A program made the position numbers and the translations under genes. 64,000 bases of DNA from assembly GCA_965203195.1 (NCBI GenBank), contig OZ241860.1, positions 210,774-274,773 of the forward strand, given 5' to 3'. The DNA comes from Dehalococcoidia bacterium. GTDB taxonomy: Bacteria; Chloroflexota; Dehalococcoidia; Lucifugimonadales; UBA3495. Shown here piece by piece: positions 44,653 through 54,217 of this stretch (position 1 is its first letter; every line of letters starts with the position of its first letter). A model generated the notes under the pieces. That model saw nothing but the letters and a program-made list of their open reading frames with translations. It ran no database searches and had not been told where the DNA came from.

Positions 44653-45326
44653 TGCGCTGGATTGACCGGGGGCCGGAACCGGACGGCGTAGCCGGCTATG
44701 CCAGACAGTTCACGCCGGGGTGGGTTGCGTACTTCCGCCATAATACCGGCGGTCGCCCCACCGATTCTTACTGGAGGCAGTATCGCGCCGATCTGGGCCA
44801 CCTCTCCAACGGCAACTGCTGGTACTGCGAGCGGCGATGCGCGCTCGCACCGCCGGCCGAAGCTCCCCTGGCGGCGACGGTTGACCACTTCAAACCCTTG
44901 CGCCGCTTCCCCGAACTCGCCTACGCATGGAGCAACTGGATATTCAGTTGTCAAAGGTGCAAAGGTGAAAACAAGCAGGACAAATGGCCGGCCGCCGGCT
45001 ATGTTGATCCTGCCGCTGCCGACGAATCGGATTCCCCGGAACGGTATTTTGACTACGACCTGGATTCCGGCCACATCGTTCCCCGCACCGATTTGTCGGA
45101 GAAAGCGCGCCGGAAGGCGTTGGATACCATCAACGACCTGGGATTGAACAAACTGGACGTGCTGTTTTATCGCTTGGAATGGACACGCCGTATCGTCGCC
45201 GACTTGCGGCGATTCCCGATTGCAGAACGACAGGCTTTCGCCGAATTTTACCTCAAGCAGCCGATTGAATACGCCGGCGTAACAGGAATGGCAATAGCGC
45301 AGTTGCGGCAGAGCGGCGAAATCTAG
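44652..45326 (+). CDS. ptuB: Septu PtuB-like HNH endonuclease (TIGR02646-like)
   Basis: CWYCE ... VDHFKP...NWIFSCQRCKGENKQDKW is the HNH/zinc pattern of the family. Its ATG overlaps the ptuA stop (TAATG). Confidence 0.75.
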   Translation: MRWIDRGPEPDGVAGYARQFTPGWVAYFRHNTGGRPTDSYWRQYRADLGHLSNGNCWYCERRCALAPPAEAPLAATVDHFKPLRRFPELAYAWSNWIFSCQRCKGENKQDKWPAAGYVDPAAADESDSPERYFDYDLDSGHIVPRTDLSEKARRKALDTINDLGLNKLDVLFYRLEWTRRIVADLRRFPIAERQAFAEFYLKQPIEYAGVTGMAIAQLRQSGEI

Positions 45327-45431
45327 TGGACTGGTATGGCAAGGTCAGCCTAATGAACGGCCCGGGCCGGCAGCAATAGCGGGCGAATTGCGTTGACGCC
45401 GGCGGCGCGATGGGGCACAATAGCCAGCACT

Positions 45432-46592
45432 ATGAAACTGCACGAATACCAGGCCAAAGCGATTTTCGCCCGCTACGGCATCCCCGTCCCCGAAGGCCGG
45501 GTGGCGCAGACGGCTGCCGATGCCGCTGCCGCCGTGGCCGATTTTGGCGGGCGCGCCGTCATCAAGGCTCAGGCGCACGCCGGCGGGCGCGGCCTGGCCG
45601 GCGGCGTCAGGGTGGTTGACTCGCCGGCGGCGGGGCGGGATTTTGCCGCAGGCCTGCTGGGTTCCCGCCTGGTTACCCACCAGACCGGCGGCGGCGGAGC
45701 GCCCGTGGACAGCGTGCTGGTGGAGGAACTGGCCGACATCGCGCGCGAAATATACCTTGCCCTGACCATCGACCGCAATCACCGGGGGACGATGCTCATC
45801 GCCAGCGCCGCCGGCGGTATGTCCATTGAGGAAGTCGCCGCCAGCGACCCCGACGCCATCATCACCGAAGCGGTGGCCCCCGTCCTGGGGCTGATGCCCT
45901 ACCAGCGTAGGCGCATCGCGGCGCGGCTGGGGCTGGCTGGCGCCACGGCGCGGGCCGCGGCCGATGTCATCGCCGCCCTGTACCGCGTCTTTACCGAAAA
46001 TGACTGCGCTCTGGTGGAAGTCAACCCGCTGGTGGTCACCGGCGACGGCGGCGTGATGGCGCTGGACGCCAAGATGGATGTTGAGGACGACGCCCTGTTT
46101 CGTCAGCCCGACCTGCGGGAACTGCGCGACCGGGCGCAAGAGGACGCGCTGGAAGCCCGCGCGGCCGATGACGATATAGCTTATGTCAGCCTGGACGGCA
46201 GCGTGGGCTGCCTGGTGAACGGCGCCGGGCTGGCCATGGCCACGCTGGATGTCGCCAACGCCGCGGGCGCGGCGCCGGCCAACTTTCTGGATGTTGGCGG
46301 GGGCGCATCGGCGGAGAAAGTCGCCACGGCGGTGGGCATCATCCTGTCCGATCCGAAAGTGGACCGGGTGCTGGTCAACATATTCGGCGGCATCCTGCGC
46401 TGCGATGTTGCGGCGCAGGGCATCGTGATGGCCTACGCCGAGCGGCAGGCCACCCAGCCGCTGGTGGCGCGAATGCTGGGGACGAACCTGGAGGAAGGCA
46501 AGGCGATTCTGGCGCAGTCCGGCCTCAATGTAACTTTCACGGACACGCTGACCGCCGCGGCGGCGGCGCTGGCGACGGCGCCGGACGGGTAG
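45432..46592 (+). CDS. sucC: Succinate--CoA ligase (ADP-forming) beta subunit
   Basis: MKLHEYQAKAIFARYGIPVP, the canonical SucC N-terminus (ATG 45432). Confidence 0.92.
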   Translation: MKLHEYQAKAIFARYGIPVPEGRVAQTAADAAAAVADFGGRAVIKAQAHAGGRGLAGGVRVVDSPAAGRDFAAGLLGSRLVTHQTGGGGAPVDSVLVEELADIAREIYLALTIDRNHRGTMLIASAAGGMSIEEVAASDPDAIITEAVAPVLGLMPYQRRRIAARLGLAGATARAAADVIAALYRVFTENDCALVEVNPLVVTGDGGVMALDAKMDVEDDALFRQPDLRELRDRAQEDALEARAADDDIAYVSLDGSVGCLVNGAGLAMATLDVANAAGAAPANFLDVGGGASAEKVATAVGIILSDPKVDRVLVNIFGGILRCDVAAQGIVMAYAERQATQPLVARMLGTNLEEGKAILAQSGLNVTFTDTLTAAAAALATAPDG

Positions 46593-46607
46593 GCGCAGGG
46601 TAGAGCT

Positions 46608-47501
46608 ATGGGCATTCTGCTCAACGAGGAGTCGCGGGTTCTGGTGCAGGGGATTACCGGGCGCGAAGGCGGTTTCCATGCCCGCGCCTGCCGCGCTTAC
46701 GGCACGCAGGTAGTGGCCGGGGTGACGCCGGGCCGGGGCGGGCAGTGGTTTGACGAGGCGGTTCCGGTTTTTGATTCCGTAGGCGAAGCGGTGGCCGCTA
46801 CCGGGGCCAATGTGGCGCTGATTTTCGTCCCGCCGGCTTTCGCCGCCGACGCTATCGCCGAGTCGGTGGACGCCGGCGTACCGCTGATCGCCGCCATCAC
46901 CGAAGGCATTCCGGTGCAGGATATGGTCGGATTGTACCGCTATGTCCAGGACAGTTCCTCGCGTCTCATCGGCCCCAACTGTCCCGGCCTGATCAACCCG
47001 GCCGCCCGTTGCAAGGTGGGCATAATGCCCGGCAGCATTCACCTGCCGGGGCGGGTGGGCGTGGTTTCCCGCAGCGGCACGCTGACTTACGAAGCGGTGG
47101 GGCAGCTGACCGGGCTGGGCATCGGCCAGTCGTCCTGCGTGGGCATTGGCGGCGACCCCATTATCGGCAGCAGCTTTGTGGACATCCTGCGGCTGTACAA
47201 TGATGACCCGGACACTGATCTGGTGGCACTCATTGGCGAAATCGGCGGCGCTATGGAACAGGAGGCCGCCGAATACATTGGTTCGGCGGAGTTCACCAAG
47301 CCGGTCTGCGCGCTGGTGGTGGGGGCCACGGCGCCGGCGGGCAAGCGGATGGGCCACGCGGGGGCGATAATCACCGGCGAGTCGGCCACGGCGGCGGCCA
47401 AAATAGCGGCGCTGGAACGGGCCGGGGCGGCGATTATACCAACGCCGGCGGATATTGGGGCCACGGCGGCGCGGGCACTGCGGGAGGCGAGGTTAGCCTA
47501 A
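46608..47501 (+). CDS. sucD: Succinate--CoA ligase alpha subunit
   Basis: [11 protein letters not shown]..., SRSGTLTYE, and the phosphohistidine region GHAGAII. Confidence 0.93.
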   Translation: MGILLNEESRVLVQGITGREGGFHARACRAYGTQVVAGVTPGRGGQWFDEAVPVFDSVGEAVAATGANVALIFVPPAFAADAIAESVDAGVPLIAAITEGIPVQDMVGLYRYVQDSSSRLIGPNCPGLINPAARCKVGIMPGSIHLPGRVGVVSRSGTLTYEAVGQLTGLGIGQSSCVGIGGDPIIGSSFVDILRLYNDDPDTDLVALIGEIGGAMEQEAAEYIGSAEFTKPVCALVVGATAPAGKRMGHAGAIITGESATAAAKIAALERAGAAIIPTPADIGATAARALREARLA

Positions 47502-48034
47502 TCGTCGGCATTGTTAGCAAGGTGGTTCAGTGCATCTATCCCCAGTTGCAGGTAGTCCGGCTTGGCTTCGGCAATGCGGCGCCAGCGCGCCAGGCGTTCT
47601 ACTGAGATGGTGTTTTTCCGCAACCACCGGGCAAGCAACGCCACCTCCGGGGCGGGATTGGCAGCGGCAATTCTTACGCACGTTTCCTCAACCTCGTCCT
47701 GCGGAGCGATGATGAGATAGTCATTGAACGCCAGAAAAGTCAGGCAACAGATAAAGCCCATCCGCTTATTGCCATCTATGAATGGGTGGTTGCAGGTTAC
47801 GGAACGCCACAGCGCGGCGGCCTTGTGGTATATCGTGCGGTGCAGGTACTGCCCTCCGAAAGTTTGCCGTGGTTCGGCAAGGGCGGATTCCAGAAGGCCA
47901 CGACCGCGTTCCCCGTCCAGGTACTGGTAATCCGGCACCGGATCCGGGTAATTGCGGAAAAACTCGGCAATGGCTTCGGCAAAACTGCGTTCCACCATAT
48001 CTATGGTGACGAACCGGTAGCGTCGGGAAGGCAT
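47498..48034 (-). CDS. doc: Fic/Doc-family toxin (Doc-type motif)
   Basis: [11 protein letters not shown] matches the Doc variant of the Fic motif, with K in place of the second G. GGAGG precedes the ATG. Lower GC. Its stop overlaps the sucD stop by 4 nt (convergent). Confidence 0.75.
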   Translation of the reverse strand: MPSRRYRFVTIDMVERSFAEAIAEFFRNYPDPVPDYQYLDGERGRGLLESALAEPRQTFGGQYLHRTIYHKAAALWRSVTCNHPFIDGNKRMGFICCLTFLAFNDYLIIAPQDEVEETCVRIAAANPAPEVALLARWLRKNTISVERLARWRRIAEAKPDYLQLGIDALNHLANNADD

Positions 48035-48124
48035 TATGGTAACCTCCGATCTGAGCTGATAGCAAAATTAGTAGCCCCCCCGATCGCTCAGAGGGGCTTT
48101 CGTTAGGCAGGTCAACCGGAAATA

Positions 48125-48262
48125 TCAGCGGCGGGCAAGCGCGCGCAGGGCCGGTTCGTTGGTTGCCAGGATAAGGTTGACGACAGCCTTGACCTGCTCG
48201 GGCGTCGGCTCCTTGGGATTCTGGGTAGCGTTGGAGCGCTTGCTGATTTTAGCGGTTGCCAT
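48125..48262 (-). CDS. Possible small (45 aa) protein upstream of doc; candidate antitoxin, weak
   Basis: Internal ATG of ORF 48125..48400 (MATAKISKRSNATQNPKEPTPEQVKAVVNLILATNEPALRALARR). The longer ORF would run antisense through the tRNA-Gly. It is separated from doc by 90 nt containing a hairpin. Confidence 0.25.
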   Translation of the reverse strand: MATAKISKRSNATQNPKEPTPEQVKAVVNLILATNEPALRALARR

Positions 48263-48379
48263 TTTACCATCTCCGTGGGCCGGTGGGAAAGGCCAGTTCA
48301 CAATCAGTGTAACCCATCTACAGGCCGTTGTCAAAGGGGATGACGCCGCGCCGCCGGCGCGGTATAATAACCCCAGCAA

Positions 48380-48453
48380 GCGGGCGTAGCTTAGTGGCAA
48401 AGCCCCAGCCTTCCAAGCTGGCTACGTGGGTTCGATTCCCATCGCCCGCTCCA
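48380..48453 (+). tRNA. tRNA-Gly (anticodon UCC), CCA encoded
   Basis: Hand-folded cloverleaf: acceptor GCGGGCG/CGCCCGC, D arm GCTT/AAGC, anticodon arm CCAGC-CTTCCAA-GCTGG, T arm GTGGG-TTCGATT-CCCAT, then discriminator T and CCA. TATAAT lies at 48363-48368. Confidence 0.93.
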
Positions 48454-48644
48454 TAACCATCAGCCATCGCTATCCCCTGACTATCCTCGGCAGTTGCCGG
48501 GGGTTCCCGCTTGTTGCCGGCCGGGATGGACGCTATCTGCGGTAGCGGACATCCCGGAGCCTGGCCCCGGCCGCCGCCCGTCGCCGGCAGCGCCCCTGTT
48601 CCCGGAAAGGACGACCAGAGACGACTAGAAAGGACGACAACGCT

Positions 48645-49463
48645 ATGGTCACCACCGCCTACTCCTGCATCAGCGCCGAAACCGTGGCCCGCCCCGCCAT
48701 GATGGGCCGCAATGAAGTTGAAACTCACATCGGCGTGGTCACCCTCAACCGGCCCGAAGTGCTTAACGCCCTCAATTTGCAGCTGGCGCGCGAGCTGGAC
48801 CAGGCCATCACCGACTACGAAAACGACGACCGCGTGGGCGCCGTCATCATCACCGGCGCCGGGGAACGCGCTTTCTCCGCCGGCGCCGACATTCACGAAA
48901 ACCGGGAACTTGCCCCGGAGGAACGGGAAGCCGGTCAGGCGGAGCGCGCCGAATATACCTGGCATCTCCATACCAGCAGCAAGCCGGTCATTGGCGCCGT
49001 CAACGGCCTTTGCTACGGCGGCGGCACGGTACTTGCCACCAGCCTGGATTTTCTGGTGGGCTGCGAAAAGACGAGCTTCCGCTTCCTGGCCGTTAACTAC
49101 GGTCAGATGAACGCCACCTGGAGCCTGCCCCAGTTAGTAGGCATCAATCGCGCCAAAGAGCTGCTGTTCAGCGGGCGTGAAGTCTTTGCCGACGAAGCCT
49201 ATCACATCGGCCTCATCAACCATTTGGTTCCATCCGAGGAACTGATGGAACGCACGCTGGACATCGCCGCCGGCATTGCCCGCAACCGCGCTGAGGGGGT
49301 GGCGAACATCAAACAGCTGCTGCTGGAACATTCCGGCCAGCCCATCGGGGAGCAGTTCCGCAACGAAATCGCGGGGCGCGCGGGACGCTTCCAGGGGCTG
49401 TCGGTTGAGGAAGGGTTCGCTGATTTTCTGGATCGCAAGGGCCGCAAGCCGCGCGCCGTTTGA
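48645..49463 (+). CDS. Enoyl-CoA hydratase/isomerase (crotonase) family protein
   Basis: VVTLNRPEVLNALN, ITGAGERAFSAGADI, and AVNGLCYGGG oxyanion-hole motifs. The start may be an internal Met. Confidence 0.85.
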   Translation: MVTTAYSCISAETVARPAMMGRNEVETHIGVVTLNRPEVLNALNLQLARELDQAITDYENDDRVGAVIITGAGERAFSAGADIHENRELAPEEREAGQAERAEYTWHLHTSSKPVIGAVNGLCYGGGTVLATSLDFLVGCEKTSFRFLAVNYGQMNATWSLPQLVGINRAKELLFSGREVFADEAYHIGLINHLVPSEELMERTLDIAAGIARNRAEGVANIKQLLLEHSGQPIGEQFRNEIAGRAGRFQGLSVEEGFADFLDRKGRKPRAV

Positions 49464-49499
49464 TCCGCAAGGCCCACACTGCAACCGGGAGGCCGCACA

Positions 49500-50891
49500 A
49501 TGATGATTTGTGAAACGCTGCCGGCTGCCGTCCGCAATTTGCGGATGGCAGCCTGGTATTTCCTGCTGTGCGCGCTGGCGGCGATTGCGCTGGCTTTGAC
49601 CGGCTGCGCTGCGCCGCCTAATTCGGCGAGCGTCACGCCCGAACCCAACTTGCCGGCCACAATCAGCGCGATGGCAGCAACGATAGACGCTCCCAACGCG
49701 ACGCCTTTGCCGACTGATACCCCGCAACCGATTGCTACGCCCACGCCTGACTTGCCGGCTACAATCAGCGCTATGGCGGCGACGCTGGACGCCCCTACGT
49801 CGCTGCCTACCGCAACACCCCTGCCGACAGCCACGCCCCAACCCACGGCCACGCCGCAGCCGACGGCAACCCCGTACCCCACTGCTACACCAACACCTCA
49901 CCCTACATCGACTCCGCAGCCTACTCCAACTCCGCGACCAACGCCAAGGCCGACCGCCACGCCGACGATCGCTGATTGGAGCGAACGATTAGAGCCATGG
50001 GTAGTTCATGTAGCACGACCTGACGGCGGCATAGGCACGGGGTTCTTTATTAATGATCCCGTACGGAATTCGGATTGGTACGTAGTCACTAACGCGCACG
50101 TCGTTGGCAATAACGACTATGTACAAGTCAGTTGGGCTTACATCGGAATCCCGGTCATTAGCTACGTTCGCGTACTAGGCGTGGATGAATTTGCAGACGT
50201 GGCACTACTGGATGTAAGTCCCAACGACTTTGACTTGAGCAGTACGAACTGGCCCAACGGCCTTGAACTGCTGCATTACCGGGGCGACGGAATAAGGGCG
50301 TCCACCTCCATACGGCAAGGCGTAGAGGTTTTGGCGATGGGCTTCCCCGATGGCGGCGGCGGCAGGACTACAACGCGAGGAATCGTATCGGTCGAGCGGG
50401 CATATGATGTCGGGTACAGAACGGGCATAGGCTGGATAAAGACCGATACAGCAGTCAACCCGGGCAACAGCGGTGGGCCTCTGATGACGCTCAGCGGTGA
50501 AATTATTGGTATGAACACCTGGATAAGGACTGACTTGGAGAACGTCGGCTATGCGCTGCCAATGCAGGAGATTTTCAGCCGATTTGACGCTTTAAAAAGG
50601 GGGCAAAGTCGCATCGCGGCAACCCCTACGCCGGCCCCCACGCCCATCCCCAAAGCCGACCTTACCGATGGTTCATTCTTGGCCGTCCTTGCTTGGGATG
50701 ACGGTTGGTACAATACATGGCAAGACGGAACCATATGCGTTGACCGCGTGGTGGAGTCCGGCGATTATATCGAGTGGAACTGGGGCGAATGCCTGTACAG
50801 CGGCCAAGAACAGGATGGAAAAGTGTACGTCCGGTATCAGGGCCAATGGCTGGAAGCCTATTGGATTGAGCTGGAATCTCGTCCCTATTAA
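49500..50891 (+). CDS. Secreted/lipoprotein trypsin-like serine protease (S1C-like) with Pro/Thr-rich repeat linker
   Basis: Signal peptide with lipobox-like LTGC, a duplicated LPATISAMAAT(I/L)DAP segment, and a long TPxP linker. Catalytic regions GTGFFI...VVTNAHVV, D...ALL and NPGNSGGPL. The catalytic part has lower GC. Confidence 0.8.
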   Translation: MMICETLPAAVRNLRMAAWYFLLCALAAIALALTGCAAPPNSASVTPEPNLPATISAMAATIDAPNATPLPTDTPQPIATPTPDLPATISAMAATLDAPTSLPTATPLPTATPQPTATPQPTATPYPTATPTPHPTSTPQPTPTPRPTPRPTATPTIADWSERLEPWVVHVARPDGGIGTGFFINDPVRNSDWYVVTNAHVVGNNDYVQVSWAYIGIPVISYVRVLGVDEFADVALLDVSPNDFDLSSTNWPNGLELLHYRGDGIRASTSIRQGVEVLAMGFPDGGGGRTTTRGIVSVERAYDVGYRTGIGWIKTDTAVNPGNSGGPLMTLSGEIIGMNTWIRTDLENVGYALPMQEIFSRFDALKRGQSRIAATPTPAPTPIPKADLTDGSFLAVLAWDDGWYNTWQDGTICVDRVVESGDYIEWNWGECLYSGQEQDGKVYVRYQGQWLEAYWIELESRPY

Positions 50892-50901
50892 GGATGGATT
50901 T

Positions 50902-51378
50902 ATGCCCGAACCAACGCTGCCGCCCGTCGGACGCCGCTCCGGTGCTGCGATTACCGCCCCGGACGGCTCCGCGGTGCGTCTGCTGCTGACCGAGGTGCAC
51001 GGGGCCACCCGGTACAGCATGGTAGAGGTCAGCATCCCCGCCGGCGCCGTCAGCCGGCCGGTGCGCCACCGCGCCGTGGAGGAAGTGTGGTACATTATCG
51101 CCGGCCGGGGGCGGGTCTGGCGTTGTCCGCCGGATTTGCCGGCTGCCGAAGCCACGCCGGTGGCAGTGGCGGCCGGCGATGCGATCGTGATCCCCACCGG
51201 CTGGGCGTTTCAGTTCGCCGCCGACGGCAATGACGACAGCGCCGGCGATGCGGACACCGGCGCCGGCGGGCTGCGCTTTATCTGCGTTACGATGCCGCCC
51301 TGGCCGGGGATGGACGAGGCCGAAATCCTGCCGCCGGCAAGTGGCGGCCTGGGCCCTCCTACGCTGCCGCCGCCCTGA
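50902..51378 (+). CDS. Cupin-domain protein
   Basis: From ATG 50902. The beta-barrel pattern ...VSRPVRHRAVEEVWYIIAGRGRVW...AGDAIVIPTGWAFQF is typical of cupin_2. Confidence 0.65.
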   Translation: MPEPTLPPVGRRSGAAITAPDGSAVRLLLTEVHGATRYSMVEVSIPAGAVSRPVRHRAVEEVWYIIAGRGRVWRCPPDLPAAEATPVAVAAGDAIVIPTGWAFQFAADGNDDSAGDADTGAGGLRFICVTMPPWPGMDEAEILPPASGGLGPPTLPPP

Positions 51379-51437
51379 CCGGCGCGGGCGGCCGCCTGTC
51401 GATAGCTACCCCTGTCGATGGCTACCCTTGCCGCCGG

Positions 51438-51674
51438 CTACCCCTGCCGCCGCACCTCAATGGTCTCCCCGTCCGCCAGGGCCACGCGGCGGTACTGGAT
51501 GCCCATTTTCAGCATCCAGTAGCCCAGGGTCGCCGGGCTGACGCCCAGCTGGGCGGCGGCCCGGCTCATCCCCATTTCGTTGACCAAGTCCGGCACCAGA
51601 TGCTCCAGCGGACGGCCGTGCTTTTCCTCCACGCTCCGCATCAACTTGGTCTTTTTGATTCGCTGCGTCGCCAT
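51438..51674 (-). CDS. Small HTH DNA-binding protein
   Basis: 78 aa from ATG 51674. The HTH-like segment is MSRAAAQLGVSPATLGYWMLKMGI. Confidence 0.5.
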   Translation of the reverse strand: MATQRIKKTKLMRSVEEKHGRPLEHLVPDLVNEMGMSRAAAQLGVSPATLGYWMLKMGIQYRRVALADGETIEVRRQG

Positions 51675-51845
51675 ATTCCCTCGTCCGGTTTGGGGCCGGC
51701 GGACGGCGCGGGGCCGCGCTGCCGGGTTTCGTAATGGGGCTATCATACACCATCGCCGGCCCCCGGCGCCTTTGCCGGCTGGCGCTGGCTGTCATTATTT
51801 TGAAAATTGCCCAAAATCGGGCAATGACCGGGCGGGCGGCGCGCC

Positions 51846-52943
51846 TTACGCCGCCACCGCCGTTCCGTTCAGGTCGGCGACCTGCGGCATCACCCGCTCC
51901 GCCAGCAGCCGGGTTGAGCGTTCCCAAGCGACGTTGTTTTCCGACTGGTCGTACACCAGCATCAGCAGGCCGCCGAAACCGCCCACGTCCTGGTACAGGC
52001 GCCGGATTTTGCCGGCCACCGTGTCCGGCGAACCGATGAGCCACAGGTGGTCGGCCATATACTCAATGTTCACGGCTTCGTCGGGAACTTCGGCGTCGTG
52101 CTTGAAAACCTTCATCAGGTCGAATTCCCGGAACAGGGGCAGCAGATAATCGTGCCAGACGCGGCCGAGCATCCCGTTGAGGGCCAAGTCGCGGGCTTCC
52201 GCGTCGCTGTCGGCCACATAGACGTCCCGGACGAGGCGCCAGTCGGCGCGGGACGGCGTGCGGCCGGTGCGCTGCGCGCCTTCCTCAATGGCTTCCCAGT
52301 GGCTGCGGCAGTAATCGTTGTTCAGGGCCAGGCTCATGGGGATAAAGCCCCGTTCCCCGGCAATGGTCAGGGTGGGAGAACGGTAGCTCACCGAGGCCAC
52401 GCCGATGGGCGGGTGCGGGCGCTGGTAGGGGCGCAGGAAAAACTCCAGGGTGCCGTACATCGGTTCCGGGATGCTGACATTCCAGTACTTGCCCTGGTAC
52501 TCAAAGGGGCCGTCGTTCTGCCAGATTTTGAGGATGATGTCCAGGGATTCGCGGGTCATATCCCGGTGCTGGCCGTTGTTGCCGTCCACATCAAACAGCG
52601 CCCAGTCGCTGGGCAGGCCGCTGGCGCCCACGCCGAACAGAAAACGCCCTTGGGACAGGTGGTCCAGGTATGCCACCCGGTGCGCCAGTTCCGCCGGGTG
52701 ATGAAAGGGCAGCAGGTGCGCCCCGGAACCCAGGCGGATGCGCTTCGTTTTCATCAGCGCCTGGGCAATCAGCAGGTCGGGCGCCGGAATCGGTTCCCAG
52801 GGCGAGGTGAAGTGCTCGCCAATCCAGGCTTCGTCAAAGCCCAGCTCATCGCACAGGGTCAGGTATTCCAGATCCCACTGGTGGGCGTCGTAGATGTTCC
52901 GTTCCGGCGGATGGGACGGCATCATAAACAATCCGTATTTCAT
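51846..52943 (-). CDS. LLM-class flavin-dependent monooxygenase/oxidoreductase
   Basis: From ATG 52943 (GGAGG upstream): MKYGLFMMPSHPP...GFDEAWIGEHF...LGSGAHLLPFHHPAELAHRVAYLDHLSQGRFLFGVG. Confidence 0.85.
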   Translation of the reverse strand: MKYGLFMMPSHPPERNIYDAHQWDLEYLTLCDELGFDEAWIGEHFTSPWEPIPAPDLLIAQALMKTKRIRLGSGAHLLPFHHPAELAHRVAYLDHLSQGRFLFGVGASGLPSDWALFDVDGNNGQHRDMTRESLDIILKIWQNDGPFEYQGKYWNVSIPEPMYGTLEFFLRPYQRPHPPIGVASVSYRSPTLTIAGERGFIPMSLALNNDYCRSHWEAIEEGAQRTGRTPSRADWRLVRDVYVADSDAEARDLALNGMLGRVWHDYLLPLFREFDLMKVFKHDAEVPDEAVNIEYMADHLWLIGSPDTVAGKIRRLYQDVGGFGGLLMLVYDQSENNVAWERSTRLLAERVMPQVADLNGTAVAA

Positions 52944-53271
52944 TGCTCCTCGCTCCTCCGGTGTGGCGGCGGGTGGCGGCGTGGCAGATGCGGCGCTGGT
53001 CGCGATAATGGCTGCCGGCCGGGCCGTTGCCTTACCATAACACAAACCGGGCCGGTTTGCCTCCCGCAAGCAGGATAGGCCGGCCATACGCGGGCAAGCC
53101 GGAGCGGCGCCGGAGGGCGCCATAAACGCCGGGGGCCGGCGCGGAGCAGCGATTGCTTTAATCCCCTGCTGTGCTATGATTGCAGCGCAGCCGCAACGGG
53201 GCTTCGCGCCATCGCCCATCTTACCCCCGGCACCTTCCCCCCGGCATCCTACCCCCGGCCCGCAAACTGCC

Positions 53272-54213
53272 ATGCTTTACAAACTGCGCCAAATCGCAAT
53301 GATGGTCAACGACCTGCCGGAGGCGGTGGCCCTGTACGGGCGCATCCTGGGGATGGAACCGTCCCGCGCCGGCGGGCTGCCCCAGTTCGGGCTGGACAAC
53401 GCCGTGCTGCCGGCCGGCGAAGGCACCTTTGTGGAGCTGCTGGCGCCGGCGCCATCCCCGGCGGGCGCCAATTCCGCCGGGGCGCGCTTTCTGCGGCGGC
53501 GGGGCGAGGCGCCGTATCTCATCATTTTTGAGACCAGGGAGTACGACCGGTTGCGGCGGCGCCTGCGGCAGGCGGGGGTTCGCATCACCGGCGAAACCGA
53601 GCATCACGGCAGCCGTTCCGCATTTCTGCATCCGTCGTCCTGCAACGGGGCGTTCCTGGAAATCGTGGAGGCGTCGGATCCCGACAACCCCTGGCCGGCA
53701 GCCGGCCCCGACTGGGCGTCGCTACCCCGACCGCCTAGCGCCTCACCGCCCGGCGTGGTCCGGCTGCGCCAGGTGGCCATCATCGTACGCGACCTGGACG
53801 CGGCACTGGCCCACTGGGGCCGGCTGTTCGGGCTGGAAGCCACCAAGCGGTTTCAGATCAGCTTCACCGACCTGGAAATAGCCGTGCTGCCCCTGGGCGG
53901 GCGGGATACTTTCATTGAACTGGCCCAACCCACCGGCGCGGATTCCCCGTCGGGGCGTTTCCTGGCCCGCTATGGCGAGGGGATATACCTCACCATCTAC
54001 GAAATAGCCGACTCCCTGGGCGCTGACGCCTACCTGCAAACGCAGGACATCCGCTTTACCACCTCCCGACGCACGGATAATTATGTCAATTCAGGTTTCA
54101 ACAGCATCTGGCTGCATCCGGCCACCTTCAAAGGGGCGTTCACGCAGCTGTCCCAGGTTCTGGACGCCGAAAATCCCTGGCCGCCGGCCGGCGACGACTG
54201 GTTCCGGCAGTAG
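53272..54213 (+). CDS. Two-domain VOC (glyoxalase/methylmalonyl-CoA-epimerase-like) family protein
   Basis: Two repeats of the LRQ(I/V)A(M/I)(M/I)V(N/R)DL...A...Y/W...LG module, each followed by ...FVEL/FIEL...P. Confidence 0.75.
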   Translation: MLYKLRQIAMMVNDLPEAVALYGRILGMEPSRAGGLPQFGLDNAVLPAGEGTFVELLAPAPSPAGANSAGARFLRRRGEAPYLIIFETREYDRLRRRLRQAGVRITGETEHHGSRSAFLHPSSCNGAFLEIVEASDPDNPWPAAGPDWASLPRPPSASPPGVVRLRQVAIIVRDLDAALAHWGRLFGLEATKRFQISFTDLEIAVLPLGGRDTFIELAQPTGADSPSGRFLARYGEGIYLTIYEIADSLGADAYLQTQDIRFTTSRRTDNYVNSGFNSIWLHPATFKGAFTQLSQVLDAENPWPPAGDDWFRQ

Positions 54214-54217
54214 CGCG

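Noticed and set aside
43327-45326. A retron-associated PtuAB (retron type with RT and msr/msd).
   Set aside because: There is no reverse-transcriptase ORF or msr/msd-like inverted-repeat structure in the flanks. The neighbouring genes are a GNAT gene and sucC.
48125-48400. The 91-aa minus-strand ORF as a full-length gene.
   Set aside because: Its 5' part would run antisense across the tRNA-Gly gene and its promoter. Only the distal 45 codons from ATG 48262 are plausible, and even that is weak.
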